DNA of 33,735 nucleotides from Octopus bimaculoides (Eukaryota): the NCBI RefSeq assembly GCF_001194135.2, contig NC_068989.1, positions 13,090,098 to 13,123,832 on the forward strand, read 5' to 3'. Below, one piece after another: positions 23,840 through 33,735 of this stretch. The position numbers and the translations under genes are program-made. Under the pieces are notes generated by a model. The model did no database searches and was not told where the DNA came from. It saw nothing but the letters and a program-made list of their open reading frames with translations. Positions within the stretch are counted from its first letter, which is position 1. Each line of letters starts with the position of its first letter.

Positions 23840-23889
<50 letters not shown>

Positions 23890-23890
23890 G

Positions 23891-23967
<77 letters not shown>

Positions 23968-24068
23968 CATTATTATTATCACTCTTATAGTTACTAGTAT
24001 TATCATTATTATTATTATTATCATTATTATTATTATCACTCTTATAGTTACTATTATTATCATTATTA
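23795..24068. repeat. (ATT)n array with internal duplicated variant units
   Basis: An attaagatt interruption occurs twice, and atcactcttatagttacta occurs twice. Confidence 0.96.
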
Positions 24069-24648
24069 TGGTGTAAACAATGCTGGTTTAGATCACAAGA
24101 TATTACACTTTACGTGTTTGTTTTATGACCTATGACATACACGTAAGATAAGATATGAATGTTGGTCGTATCCGGCTTGTCTACCTGAATACAACTCTAC
24201 ATCATACACATGAAATACCATTTACGTGTAGCCATCTACGCATACAAATAATTATGAGTATGTGTGTTTGAGTGTGTGTGTGTGTGTATGTATGAATGCG
24301 TGTGTACACGCCGATGTATGGAGACATGCACTTTCACACAGTGTAGAAGCAAAATAGCATTTAACCAGAATCAGACCTATAAACTCGTATACACACTCAG
24401 ATATTCAACATTAAGATCTAAGCCACACGGTCACACGTAAAACAGTATACCACGCTTAAAAAACACAGTACTGAACCATAGTCTTATACGCTCATTCAAC
24501 ACAGTATCACTTAGGCATACAACCACTTACATACATTCGTATTCAAAGTCTAACACATCCTCTGATACGTAAACATTGACAAACATTCAATGGTGAAACG
24601 TTATATATATGCATACGCTTGCATCTTAATGAAAGTAAAGAAAAAATG

Positions 24649-24942
24649 AAGATGGCGTAGAATGGATTTGGACAAATGCCTGAAAATTAGAAACAATGTG
24701 AAATAAATATAACAATAATAAAAATAAATGATTGCAGCAATAATAAAAAAATAATCATGTAACAAAAACCGAGAACTACATACAAACAGTAAAGTCGTCT
24801 GAATAGAAAAAAATAATCAAGCTAAGAAGATGACCGCCATTAAATTTAATTTGGGTGGAAAATGGCGTCGGAGTAATAATTCAATTTATAATTTGATTAC
24901 TAGGCTTGCCGATTTGAATTTAGTTATTGACAAACCGGAAAT
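24649..24942. promoter_or_regulatory. Candidate promoter/regulatory cluster (three YY1-like ATGGCG cores and one ETS-like CCGGAAAT)
   Basis: aagatggcg 24649-24657 (+), ccgccatt 24834-24841 (-), aaaatggcg 24859-24867 (+), accggaaat 24934-24942, with CpG-richer sequence to about 25250. Motif matches only. Confidence 0.25.
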
Positions 24943-25463
24943 ATGTAAAATCAGTCGCCGGGATATTTGCAAGGAAACAAGGAGCAGCTGAATAAGTTTG
25001 CGTGACAACGCGTTGGTATGAAGTTTAATGCAAACTCCCAAACACACTCACCCTCATAAACGCACACATCCACATCAGCGCAGACACCGGCGAATAAAGG
25101 AAATAAATCGAAGCAAAACATAAAAGGAACATGTTCAATGTTGTGTCGCTGTGTTATTTGCAGGGGTGTGGGATGCGTCGACTGTGGCGCTGCACAATTT
25201 ACGAAAAAAAAAAAAATAAGGATGCACACGAATGTGCGTTTTGCTATGTTCTCAAACGTTTCTCAACGCTTCTCATAAGTCACAGGAAACAAGCTATTTT
25301 CCATAATTACAATTCCATGTCGTTGTCTCTTACTACAACTATGGCTCCAAACGCAATAGGGACGATACGAATAAAAACTACTACAACTACTAATAATACT
25401 TAGCCACTGGCGTTACTACTACTACTAGTAATGCTGCTACATCAACTACTGTAATACTACTAC

Positions 25464-25659
<196 letters not shown>

Positions 25660-25999
25660 GATATCAAAAACAACATCAAACTTAGTTCGTTTCCTCTTTC
25701 CTCCACTACTTCTGTCAAGTTACTCATATTTTTTTTTTCCATGGATATCTCCTGTCCTGAATAGATCTTTGGTTATCGTATTAAAAATATTATTTCTGTT
25801 ATTATTACTATCATTATAATTGTAATTAATACACTTTAAATAATTATTATAATCATTAATTACCTGTCATTTCCTTTATATTTTTCTAAATATATTAGAT
25901 TATATTAGCAGTGTGGTATATCGAAATTATTAATAACAATATAATCTCATTACTCAATTATGACAATTACATAGACGACATTGCTGTTATTGTTATAGT

Positions 26000-26000
26000 A

Positions 26001-26033
<33 letters not shown>

Positions 26034-26290
26034 TTCTCCATATCACAGGTTTTGTTGGAACTCCTGGAGTCTTGCATGTGTAGTGAGCTTGCTATCTGCA
26101 GCCTACAATACCATGTTATACTCTATTCCAATTTCCTTTATATTATTCTCAATGCCTCCTGATACTGTTCCCAAGGACCTAATAATAATTGGCACTATCT
26201 TCACCTTCCTCAGATATGCTCTAGCACCTGATCTGTCTGGATTGGGAAATCCCAAAAGATTTTGCTAGTCTCCGTTTCCGCCACTCTACA
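26000..26290 (-). mobile_element. R4/Dong-like non-LTR retrotransposon 3' end (RLE domain, internally deleted) ending at (TAA)n
   Basis: Minus-strand RVAETETSKIFWDFPIQTDQVLEH (26287-26216) and KVKIVPIIIRSLGTVSGGIENNIKEIGIEY (26207-26118) match the ILWDF.IQTD...H(NRPD) and V.IVP(I)IIGALG.V motifs. Followed by (AAT)n at about 26000-26032. Confidence 0.88.
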
Positions 26291-26407
26291 TGTTGTGCTC
26301 AATATTGATTACTTGTATACGCTCAAGGCCTCAATATTAAAAAAAGAGTATTGCCGATTATCTGTAATTGCTAGTCCTGAACGGGATTACAATTTAGCTT
26401 ATGGAGC

Positions 26408-26493
26408 CCTTCAGCAAAATTTGAACTTAGAATGTATATGATCATAAAGAACTATTTAAAAACATTTTAACCCCCGCACTAGCGATTCAGTCA
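26408..26493 (-). mobile_element. Diverged SINE family A 5' half (antisense)
   Basis: ccttcagcaaaatttgaacttagaatgta..aacattttaacccccgcactagcgattcagtca resembles the reverse complement of the family A head. Confidence 0.65.
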
Positions 26494-27249
26494 TTTTAAA
26501 TCAATCTCTTACACTTAATATATGAAAATGACTTGCAAATACTTTTCATTCTTTCAATTAAATGTAGGATGACGAAATTCAGCATATTAAAGGAATAGCA
26601 CTCGTTTGAAACTATATTTGTTCTGCGAGTTCACGTCTTGCTTTTGTAATAAATTGCAACATGCTTTGAACATCTTACAGTATTTTTTTATTTCGTTTAA
26701 GTGTTGGCACAAGAAGAATTAAAGAAAGCATATAATAGCAGAAATTCTCTATCACTTTTTTCCCATCGTGATTTTTTTTCCTCAGATCTTTTTGCCCCTT
26801 TATCTCTGTTTCATCCTTCGTAAAACCAAAGTGTTGCAGTACCAAAAACCTGAATATTTAACGTATTCTGTTTCCGGAGAAAGTTTGCACTCGTTTTTGT
26901 ATGAAAGAACGTCAGTTTAAAAGAAAATTAAAACCGTTTTGTAGTTGTGGACACAGAGTTAATCGCTTCCTGAATTCTTGATTTCCGTAGAAGAAAGCAA
27001 AGATTTCTTTTACTTTTTCATGTTTGTTTTCACTATTTATTGAAAAAAAATTTTTCTCTCGTTTGTTATATTTCAGACTCTGTTTGTTTCTTTTTTCATG
27101 ATATTTTATTTTAATTTTTGACTCCGTTTTTGTTTAGAACCAGAAATTACATAAAGAATCAAAGATAATGATAATGATAACGTGGGAAGTGTTGTTGACA
27201 GCGGTATTCGCCGTAATTATCATAATTATAGACATACCCAACGCCGTCA

Positions 27250-27305
27250 TAGTCATCATCATCATCATCATAATCATCATCACAATCATCATCATCACCA
27301 CCACC
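27250..27305. repeat. Degenerate (CAT)n/(CAC)n repeat
   Basis: Direct reading. It produces the His tract in ORF 27182..27601. Confidence 0.9.
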
Positions 27306-27906
27306 AGTGTCAATACGATATTATCATTACAGCTATCGTAGAATTCTTGGCTCTGATCACATTTATACCCATAGTTTTGATTATAAGAGTCATAACGAGG
27401 CATAACGGGATGAAGGAAAGCCAAAATATGAAGATATTCGAGGAAGAGGGAGAGGATGTTGAGGTGAAGGAGGAGAATGAAAGGTGGGGATTTGGGGTAG
27501 AGATGGCTATTGATTTGATAATGATGTCGGTGTTGATGTTGCCCATGTTTAGTCCAAAAGATTTTTTGTTAGCTAATATCATTATAATTTCTAAATTTTA
27601 GTACGGGAACTACATATATCTGTAGAAAGTAAGGTATATTGAAATGAATCTATCTCCAGATATTATATACGACTACTGTATCGAGTTCTAGGGGGGGGAC
27701 AATCCACATTACCTTTGAGCTGAGCAATAACTCACACTTGCGTTTACGATTGGAGTATCGAAATGTTCATGTCAGTTACGATTTGAATGGAACTTAAAAC
27801 CACACGATAGAATATTCACCTCGACGGTCGCTCAAACTCTGATGTCTTAAAATACTGACAAAACAAAGAATCAAAATGATAACAATTCACAAACATTCAG
27901 ACTGCT

Positions 27907-27978
27907 TTCAAATTTTGGCACAAGGCCAGCAATTTCGAGGGAGGGATCTAGTCGATTACGTCGAATCCAGTACTCAAC
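27907..27978 (-). mobile_element. SINE family A 3' fragment (antisense)
   Basis: Reverse complement reads gttgagtactggattcgacgtaatcgactagatccctccctcgaaattgctggccttgtgccaaaatttgaa. Confidence 0.88.
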
Positions 27979-28052
27979 AAATTTATCTAGGCAGCCTATT
28001 TTCCTTAGAATTAGCCACAGAGCATTTCGAATAACAGTATCGAATGCATTGC

Positions 28053-28053
<1 letters not shown>
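27976..28053 (-). mobile_element. RTE-clade LINE RT fragment
   Basis: SNAFDTVIRNALWLILRKIGCLDKFV matches the RTE RT motif KAFDTV.R.ALW..L.K.GCP.KFV. Confidence 0.85.

Positions 28054-28093
<40 letters not shown>
28054..28093. repeat. (CA)n microsatellite
   Basis: Direct reading. Confidence 0.97.
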
Positions 28094-28094
<1 letters not shown>

Positions 28095-28096
28095 TC

Positions 28097-28164
28097 CTAG
28101 TACTTATTCTATCGGCTTATTTCGCCGAACCGCAAAGCTACGAGGACGTAAAACCACCAACACC
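28097..28164 (-). mobile_element. SINE family B 3' part (antisense), running into a gap
   Basis: cctagtacttattctatcggcttatttcgccgaaccgcaaagctacgaggacgtaaa is the reverse complement of about 1782-1838. Confidence 0.9.
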
Positions 28165-28738
28165 NNNNNNNNNNNNNNNNNNNNNNNNNNNNNNNNNNNN
28201 NNNNNNNNNNNNNNNNNNNNNNNNNNNNNNNNNNNNNNNNNNNNNNNNNNNNNNNNNNNNNNNNNNNNNNNNNNNNNNNNNNNNNNNNNNNNNNNNNNNN
28301 NNNNNNNNNNNNNNNNNNNNNNNNNNNNNNNNNNNNNNNNNNNNNNNNNNNNNNNNNNNNNNNNNNNNNNNNNNNNNNNNNNNNNNNNNNNNNNNNNNNN
28401 NNNNNNNNNNNNNNNNNNNNNNNNNNNNNNNNNNNNNNNNNNNNNNNNNNNNNNNNNNNNNNNNNNNNNNNNNNNNNNNNNNNNNNNNNNNNNNNNNNNN
28501 NNNNNNNNNNNNNNNNNNNNNNNNNNNNNNNNNNNNNNNNNNNNNNNNNNNNNNNNNNNNNNNNNNNNNNNNNNNNNNNNNNNNNNNNNNNNNNNNNNNN
28601 NNNNNNNNNNNNNNNNNNNNNNNNNNNNNNNNNNNNNNNNNNNNNNNNNNNNNNNNNNNNNNNNNNNNNNNNNNNNNNNNNNNNNNNNNNNNNNNNNNNN
28701 NNNNNNNNNNNNNNNNNNNNNNNNNNNNNNNNNNNNNN
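28165..28738. other. Assembly gap (574 N)
   Basis: N run. Confidence 1.
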
Positions 28739-28945
28739 ATATATATATATATATATATATACATATACGTACACATTTAATTTTGTCATTTCGATGGGAT
28801 TTCGTTGGAAAACAACTTTGTAAAGTTATATATGCATTGGCTTCAATACTGTTAATCCTTTAAACATTACATTATATGTGATTAGTATTAAGTTATAACG
28901 TTATAGAAACAATGCCGTGATTTACTATAGTGAAGAAATTCTATT

Positions 28946-29800
28946 CGTCCGTCGGCCATTTTAAAACATTAACTTAGAAACATTAACCGGAAAGTATTTA
29001 AAACATCCACCGATGGAACATTTTATTGGGCTCGTACTGCAAACTTTTATAATGATGCGCTGTGACAAAAAACCGTTTGAAAGGAATACTCTAATAAACG
29101 TAAGGACAATAGCCATATAATAACAAAGCCAGGGAAATAACAATCGTCTGTTTCACTCAAATTTTAATAATGATTTTAATGTTCTATATAGATACATAAT
29201 TTCTAGCGTTGATCAGAAAACAATTCCCAGCAACTATAATGTACCACAAGCTGTTCAATAAAAACATCGTAAAAGTAAGTTAATTGTGTTTTGGAAAACA
29301 TTAACGTCTTCTCTATCAATCAATAGGATTGACTGTACGCATAAGAACAAATTAAAGCAACTGCAGTAAAACAACAAACGCTCTGTCCTCCTAATTTCAA
29401 GTACTCCACAAAGGTTCTCGGATACATAACTATTATTCGATTATGATCCAAAAGATTATATTGAGAACAATTATACTAAGCTCAAGAACAGACATAAACA
29501 ATATTATTGCTCTCTGCCCTCTATTTCACTTTATCAATAACAACTTTAAAAGAATTGACCACTACTTGAGCAAGCGTAACACCAAACCTAACTGTATATA
29601 TTAATGAATAATGTAATAAAAATACATCCGTTTCTCTGGTTGGAGGATAAAAAAATTCTTATACAATATTGTAAGAACATTACCCAAGACAAAATGTATG
29701 TGAATATTTATGCCTTAAAGTCACTCGTTCAATTACAAACAGCATAAACAATTCTACTTGTGGCAGACAAGATGCTACTAAACTAATCATCACAACAGCT
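28946..29800 (+). mobile_element. Penelope-like element (PLE) remnant: RT C-terminus/thumb, linker and GIY-YIG endonuclease
   Basis: Four collinear motifs: RPSAILKH*LRNINRKVFKTS..FYNDAL (28946-29062; cf. HPPSIIKNIP.SIN.R...YNDAL); FLALIRKQFPATIMYHKLFNKNIVKVS*LC (29200-29289; cf. FLKLIDKHFP..H.LHKIFN.NT.KVSYSC); KDYIENNYTKLKNRHKQY (from 29451; degenerate YIG...FK.R); and CEYLCLK (about 29699-29719). Confidence 0.82.
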
Positions 29801-30004
29801 TGTTAATTATAATAGATGCATATTTGATAATATGCCACACGCGAATAATGCTACACTGCAGTAGAATGGCATTCAGCTGTCACGTATGCCAAGAACACAC
29901 TACATACGACCGGTACAGATTAAAATACCATAGCAGTAACTTCACAAACATTCACCAAATAGAAAACGGAGATGTTAAGTGTTACCTTCGAGTAGAAAGA
30001 TGAA

Positions 30005-30005
30005 C

Positions 30006-30048
<43 letters not shown>

Positions 30049-30055
30049 CATATAT
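30005..30055. repeat. (TA)n microsatellite
   Basis: Direct reading. Confidence 0.95.
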
Positions 30056-30650
30056 CAATACTCAAACCTCACTCACAAAGCACACACAAATGCAGACATA
30101 CTTTCATGCATATGTGTGTGCATGTGTATATATTCATAACTACTCAACTATTATAAAAATTGTTTTACCGTTCACCCTTCATCATGTTGCTTTTTGGCGT
30201 GTTAATGTTACTGCCGTACCACACATTATCCCCAAACGAAGCAAAGATATGTCAGCCATGTTTATATTTTTGACATGCATAGTGTAACTAGAAATTGCTT
30301 CCTTTTGAAGATGCCAGCCTGAGCCTATTTTGAATTCTTTTTCTAACAAGTTCTACAGATTCTCCATCATGTTTAACTCTCAAATTGTCTAAATTATTGG
30401 TGCTTCCAATACGGCTTTTGTCGATACGAAGATATGATAAAATACTTGCACAACTGGATTCAAATCCTGCACATCATTATTGCAAAATGTGGTAATTAAG
30501 CACACAAACATGTCTCCGTCCTAGTCGCGTAGGCAGAGATATTTGTTACCATCTAAATGCTGTTTAATTCTAGTGGTTCAAGCTGCAGGTTGTCATTGAC
30601 TATTTGTTGGTTCATGTCGTTCAAAAAGAGGGTAAGAATATTAGCTAAGA

Positions 30651-30701
30651 CAAAAGGAGGGTAAAATGTTTGAAATCAAAAGGAGGGTAAATGTTTGAAA
30701 T
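30651..30701. repeat. 26/25-bp tandem duplication
   Basis: caaaaggagggtaaaatgtttgaaat followed by caaaaggagggtaaatgtttgaaat. Confidence 0.95.
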
Positions 30702-30931
30702 CTGTATGCGCATTCATACAACCTCTCATCACCTATCTCGGTCGATATTAACTATGTGACCCTTAAAGCTGTCTTCGATATTTTTAATACTTAACCTAGC
30801 CACTTTCTCACAGATGTATGGGGTCGGAGTACACGTTAAAGCTGGGAAATATGAGGTTGAGTACAATTAAGTTGACTCCATTCATGTTAGCAACACTGGA
30901 AGAAGAACAGATAACAGTAGTAATGATTCGT

Positions 30932-31078
30932 AATTTAGGCAAAAAGGAATCAATTCCGTGCGGTAAACCTGGTCGGTATCATCGATTCTCGTATGAGATT
31001 TGTACTTTATTTCATCGATTCTGAAATGCTTAAAAGCAAACTTGAGGCCGACGAGAATGTGAATTACAAATATGAACA
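30932..31078 (-). mobile_element. Diverged SINE family A (antisense)
   Basis: tgtactttatttcatcgattctgaaatgcttaaaagcaaacttgaggccgacgagaatgtgaatt resembles the reverse-complement body. Confidence 0.65.
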
Positions 31079-31221
31079 GAAGGTTTAAATACCACAAACC
31101 TTTTAGTTTTCGCCGAAAGCTCGAAATGCTCTGACAACTCACCACCAATAAGGATAAAAGTTTCTCGCGCAGGAACAAGACCTGGAATTTGAAGGAGAAG
31201 TAGATTCAGTAACACTTCATT

Positions 31222-31348
31222 GGTGCATTAATTTATCCAGTGCAGATGGATAAAAGCAAACTTGACCGCGGTGTGATATGAACACAGAACACTGAGGGCC
31301 AGAACAATAGCAGAAGATATCTGCGGAACTCTTCGACGATTGTGCTAA
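31222..31348 (-). mobile_element. Diverged SINE family A 5' two-thirds (antisense)
   Basis: gatggataaaagcaaacttgaccgcggtgtgatatgaacacagaac..gacgattgtgctaatccaccacc resembles the reverse-complement head and body. Confidence 0.65.
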
Positions 31349-32229
31349 TCCACCACCCTTTATAATAATGAAAATAATTGGAAGTGGAGGTAGGTGGTTA
31401 CTGAATTTATTTAACATAAGTCATTCAAAGATACTTTATATATCGACTCTGTAGAGATAACATAGTCGCATCAACATAAATAATATTAAGAACACCAATA
31501 ATAATGATAATAGTAGTAATAATAATTTCAAATTCCATTATACCGCATTATGCTAAATCTAACCAGCATCAAATACGAGTAAGGGAAAAGGAAGAGGGTA
31601 GCAAGAATAAGAGGGAGTGAGCAACATAGAAAGAAAGACTGAGGTAGAGACAGCGACAGAAAGAAAAAAAAAGATGAAAGAGAAAAAGAAAGTGTGAAAG
31701 AAAAAGATATGGAAGTAGAGTGAAAGAGAGAGAAAATTCGTAATATGCCGGAAGAGATAAATAAAATAAAAGAGATTCACAACTGTTGGGTGAAATTTTT
31801 AGTGGTGTTATAAAATATTTTTTTTATGATGTACAGTGAGTGTTTTATTTTTTCTTCTCTTGTGATTAATATTGTGTCTGGGTTCGGGGTGTAAATGAGA
31901 TCACATAGCAATGGGCTTACATTACAGTTCATCGAGTACAAGTTAATGACTCAGTCCCCAAAAGACTGATCAATACATACCAATCGGCGCAAATATCTTC
32001 TGATGCAACAACCACGACAAGAAGTTTACTGTTCACTTTCTGATTTTTTTAATTTGCTTTCTTCAAATAATTACTGTTATTTTGCAATCTTTAATATCAT
32101 TTAGTTGCTGGTACTTATTGCACATATTACTATATATATTTCTTACTCTATATCAAACAATATTTCGATCTCCGTATCTATCTATAAATACACACACACA
32201 CACGCACACACAGACACACATACATACAA

Positions 32230-32268
<39 letters not shown>

Positions 32269-33201
32269 NNNNNNNNNNNNNNNNNNNNNNNNNNNNNNNN
32301 NNNNNNNNNNNNNNNNNNNNNNNNNNNNNNNNNNNNNNNNNNNNNNNNNNNNNNNNNNNNNNNNNNNNNNNNNNNNNNNNNNNNNNNNNNNNNNNNNNNN
32401 NNNNNNNNNNNNNNNNNNNNNNNNNNNNNNNNNNNNNNNNNNNNNNNNNNNNNNNNNNNNNNNNNNNNNNNNNNNNNNNNNNNNNNNNNNNNNNNNNNNN
32501 NNNNNNNNNNNNNNNNNNNNNNNNNNNNNNNNNNNNNNNNNNNNNNNNNNNNNNNNNNNNNNNNNNNNNNNNNNNNNNNNNNNNNNNNNNNNNNNNNNNN
32601 NNNNNNNNNNNNNNNNNNNNNNNNNNNNNNNNNNNNNNNNNNNNNNNNNNNNNNNNNNNNNNNNNNNNNNNNNNNNNNNNNNNNNNNNNNNNNNNNNNNN
32701 NNNNNNNNNNNNNNNNNNNNNNNNNNNNNNNNNNNNNNNNNNNNNNNNNNNNNNNNNNNNNNNNNNNNNNNNNNNNNNNNNNNNNNNNNNNNNNNNNNNN
32801 NNNNNNNNNNNNNNNNNNNNNNNNNNNNNNNNNNNNNNNNNNNNNNNNNNNNNNNNNNNNNNNNNNNNNNNNNNNNNNNNNNNNNNNNNNNNNNNNNNNN
32901 NNNNNNNNNNNNNNNNNNNNNNNNNNNNNNNNNNNNNNNNNNNNNNNNNNNNNNNNNNNNNNNNNNNNNNNNNNNNNNNNNNNNNNNNNNNNNNNNNNNN
33001 NNNNNNNNNNNNNNNNNNNNNNNNNNNNNNNNNNNNNNNNNNNNNNNNNNNNNNNNNNNNNNNNNNNNNNNNNNNNNNNNNNNNNNNNNNNNNNNNNNNN
33101 NNNNNNNNNNNNNNNNNNNNNNNNNNNNNNNNNNNNNNNNNNNNNNNNNNNNNNNNNNNNNNNNNNNNNNNNNNNNNNNNNNNNNNNNNNNNNNNNNNNN
33201 N
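32269..33201. other. Assembly gap (933 N) between (TA)n and (GA)n
   Basis: N run. Confidence 1.
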
Positions 33202-33241
<40 letters not shown>

Positions 33242-33413
33242 AGAGTGAGGTTATGAGAGGTAATGGTGTCAATAAGACCCAGATGTGTCAGGTAATGCTG
33301 AGTAAGTGCTATGGACATACTATAGTTAAGGTCCAGGTTCGGTGATTAAGCGAATGAGGAGTCCAACGTAGGTCATATATCAGCATGTATATATATAAAA
33401 AAAAAAGCATTTT

Positions 33414-33474
33414 TTTTTTCAGAATGAGATAAGAATCTTCACAGCATTTATTTTTTTATCCCATTCTGAAAAAA
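33414..33474. other. 61-nt inverted repeat / hairpin (19-bp stem)
   Basis: ttttttcagaatgagataa (33414-33432) versus ttatcccattctgaaaaaa (33456-33474): 18 of 19 positions complementary. Confidence 0.85.
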
Positions 33475-33735
33475 TTTATAATCATAAATCATAAATTTTA
33501 ACTACCAGTGGCCTAACATGTAGAAAAATATAGTCAATAGAGTATATATTATTCATATTTGCTAATACAAAGTCAGAAACCATGGTCCAGGAGATAGATG
33601 GTAAATGTTTTTATTTTTCATTCCCTTCGAAATGTATCCTTAATAGTGGTTTGGGTTTTGGCTTTTGCTTCTAGCATGCTAGGTATCCTATGATGGGTCC
33701 CTCTTATCTGTTTAAATGTAAACTGTATATATATA

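Noticed and set aside
29207-29274. Apparent host exon with canonical splice sites
   Set aside because: The peptide is part of the Penelope-like element motif series, so I did not call it a host CDS.
30814-30929. Exon-like or endonuclease-like YGVGVHVK after ctttctcacag
   Set aside because: A single short motif with competing frames and no support.

Overview
This is AT-rich, microsatellite-saturated animal genomic DNA from a draft assembly, with 9 N-gaps totalling about 3.1 kb. The SINE families and repeat landscape look like a coleoid cephalopod, probably Octopus (inference from recalled repeat consensus, not a search). It is not prokaryotic. I found no CRISPR array, operon, rRNA or intact tRNA, and no protein-coding gene I can identify with confidence. 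Nearly all ORFs in the supplied track are microsatellite or N-gap artefacts. What the sequence does support: (i) about 17 copies or fragments of two tRNA-derived SINE families, some nested and with target-site duplications (TSDs); (ii) fossil non-LTR retroelements from three clades: two R4/Dong-like restriction-like endonuclease (RLE) fragments, two RTE-like RT fragments and one Penelope-like RT/GIY-YIG fragment; (iii) many simple, compound and higher-order microsatellites; (iv) a few short candidate exons, a candidate YY1/ETS promoter-like cluster near 24.6-24.9 kb and a 61-nt pre-miRNA-sized hairpin at 33.4 kb. I see no solid evidence for a wholly new biological system. The best leads are retroelement mechanics and the hairpin and exon candidates. 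All protein-family assignments are by-eye motif recognition and need HMM confirmation.
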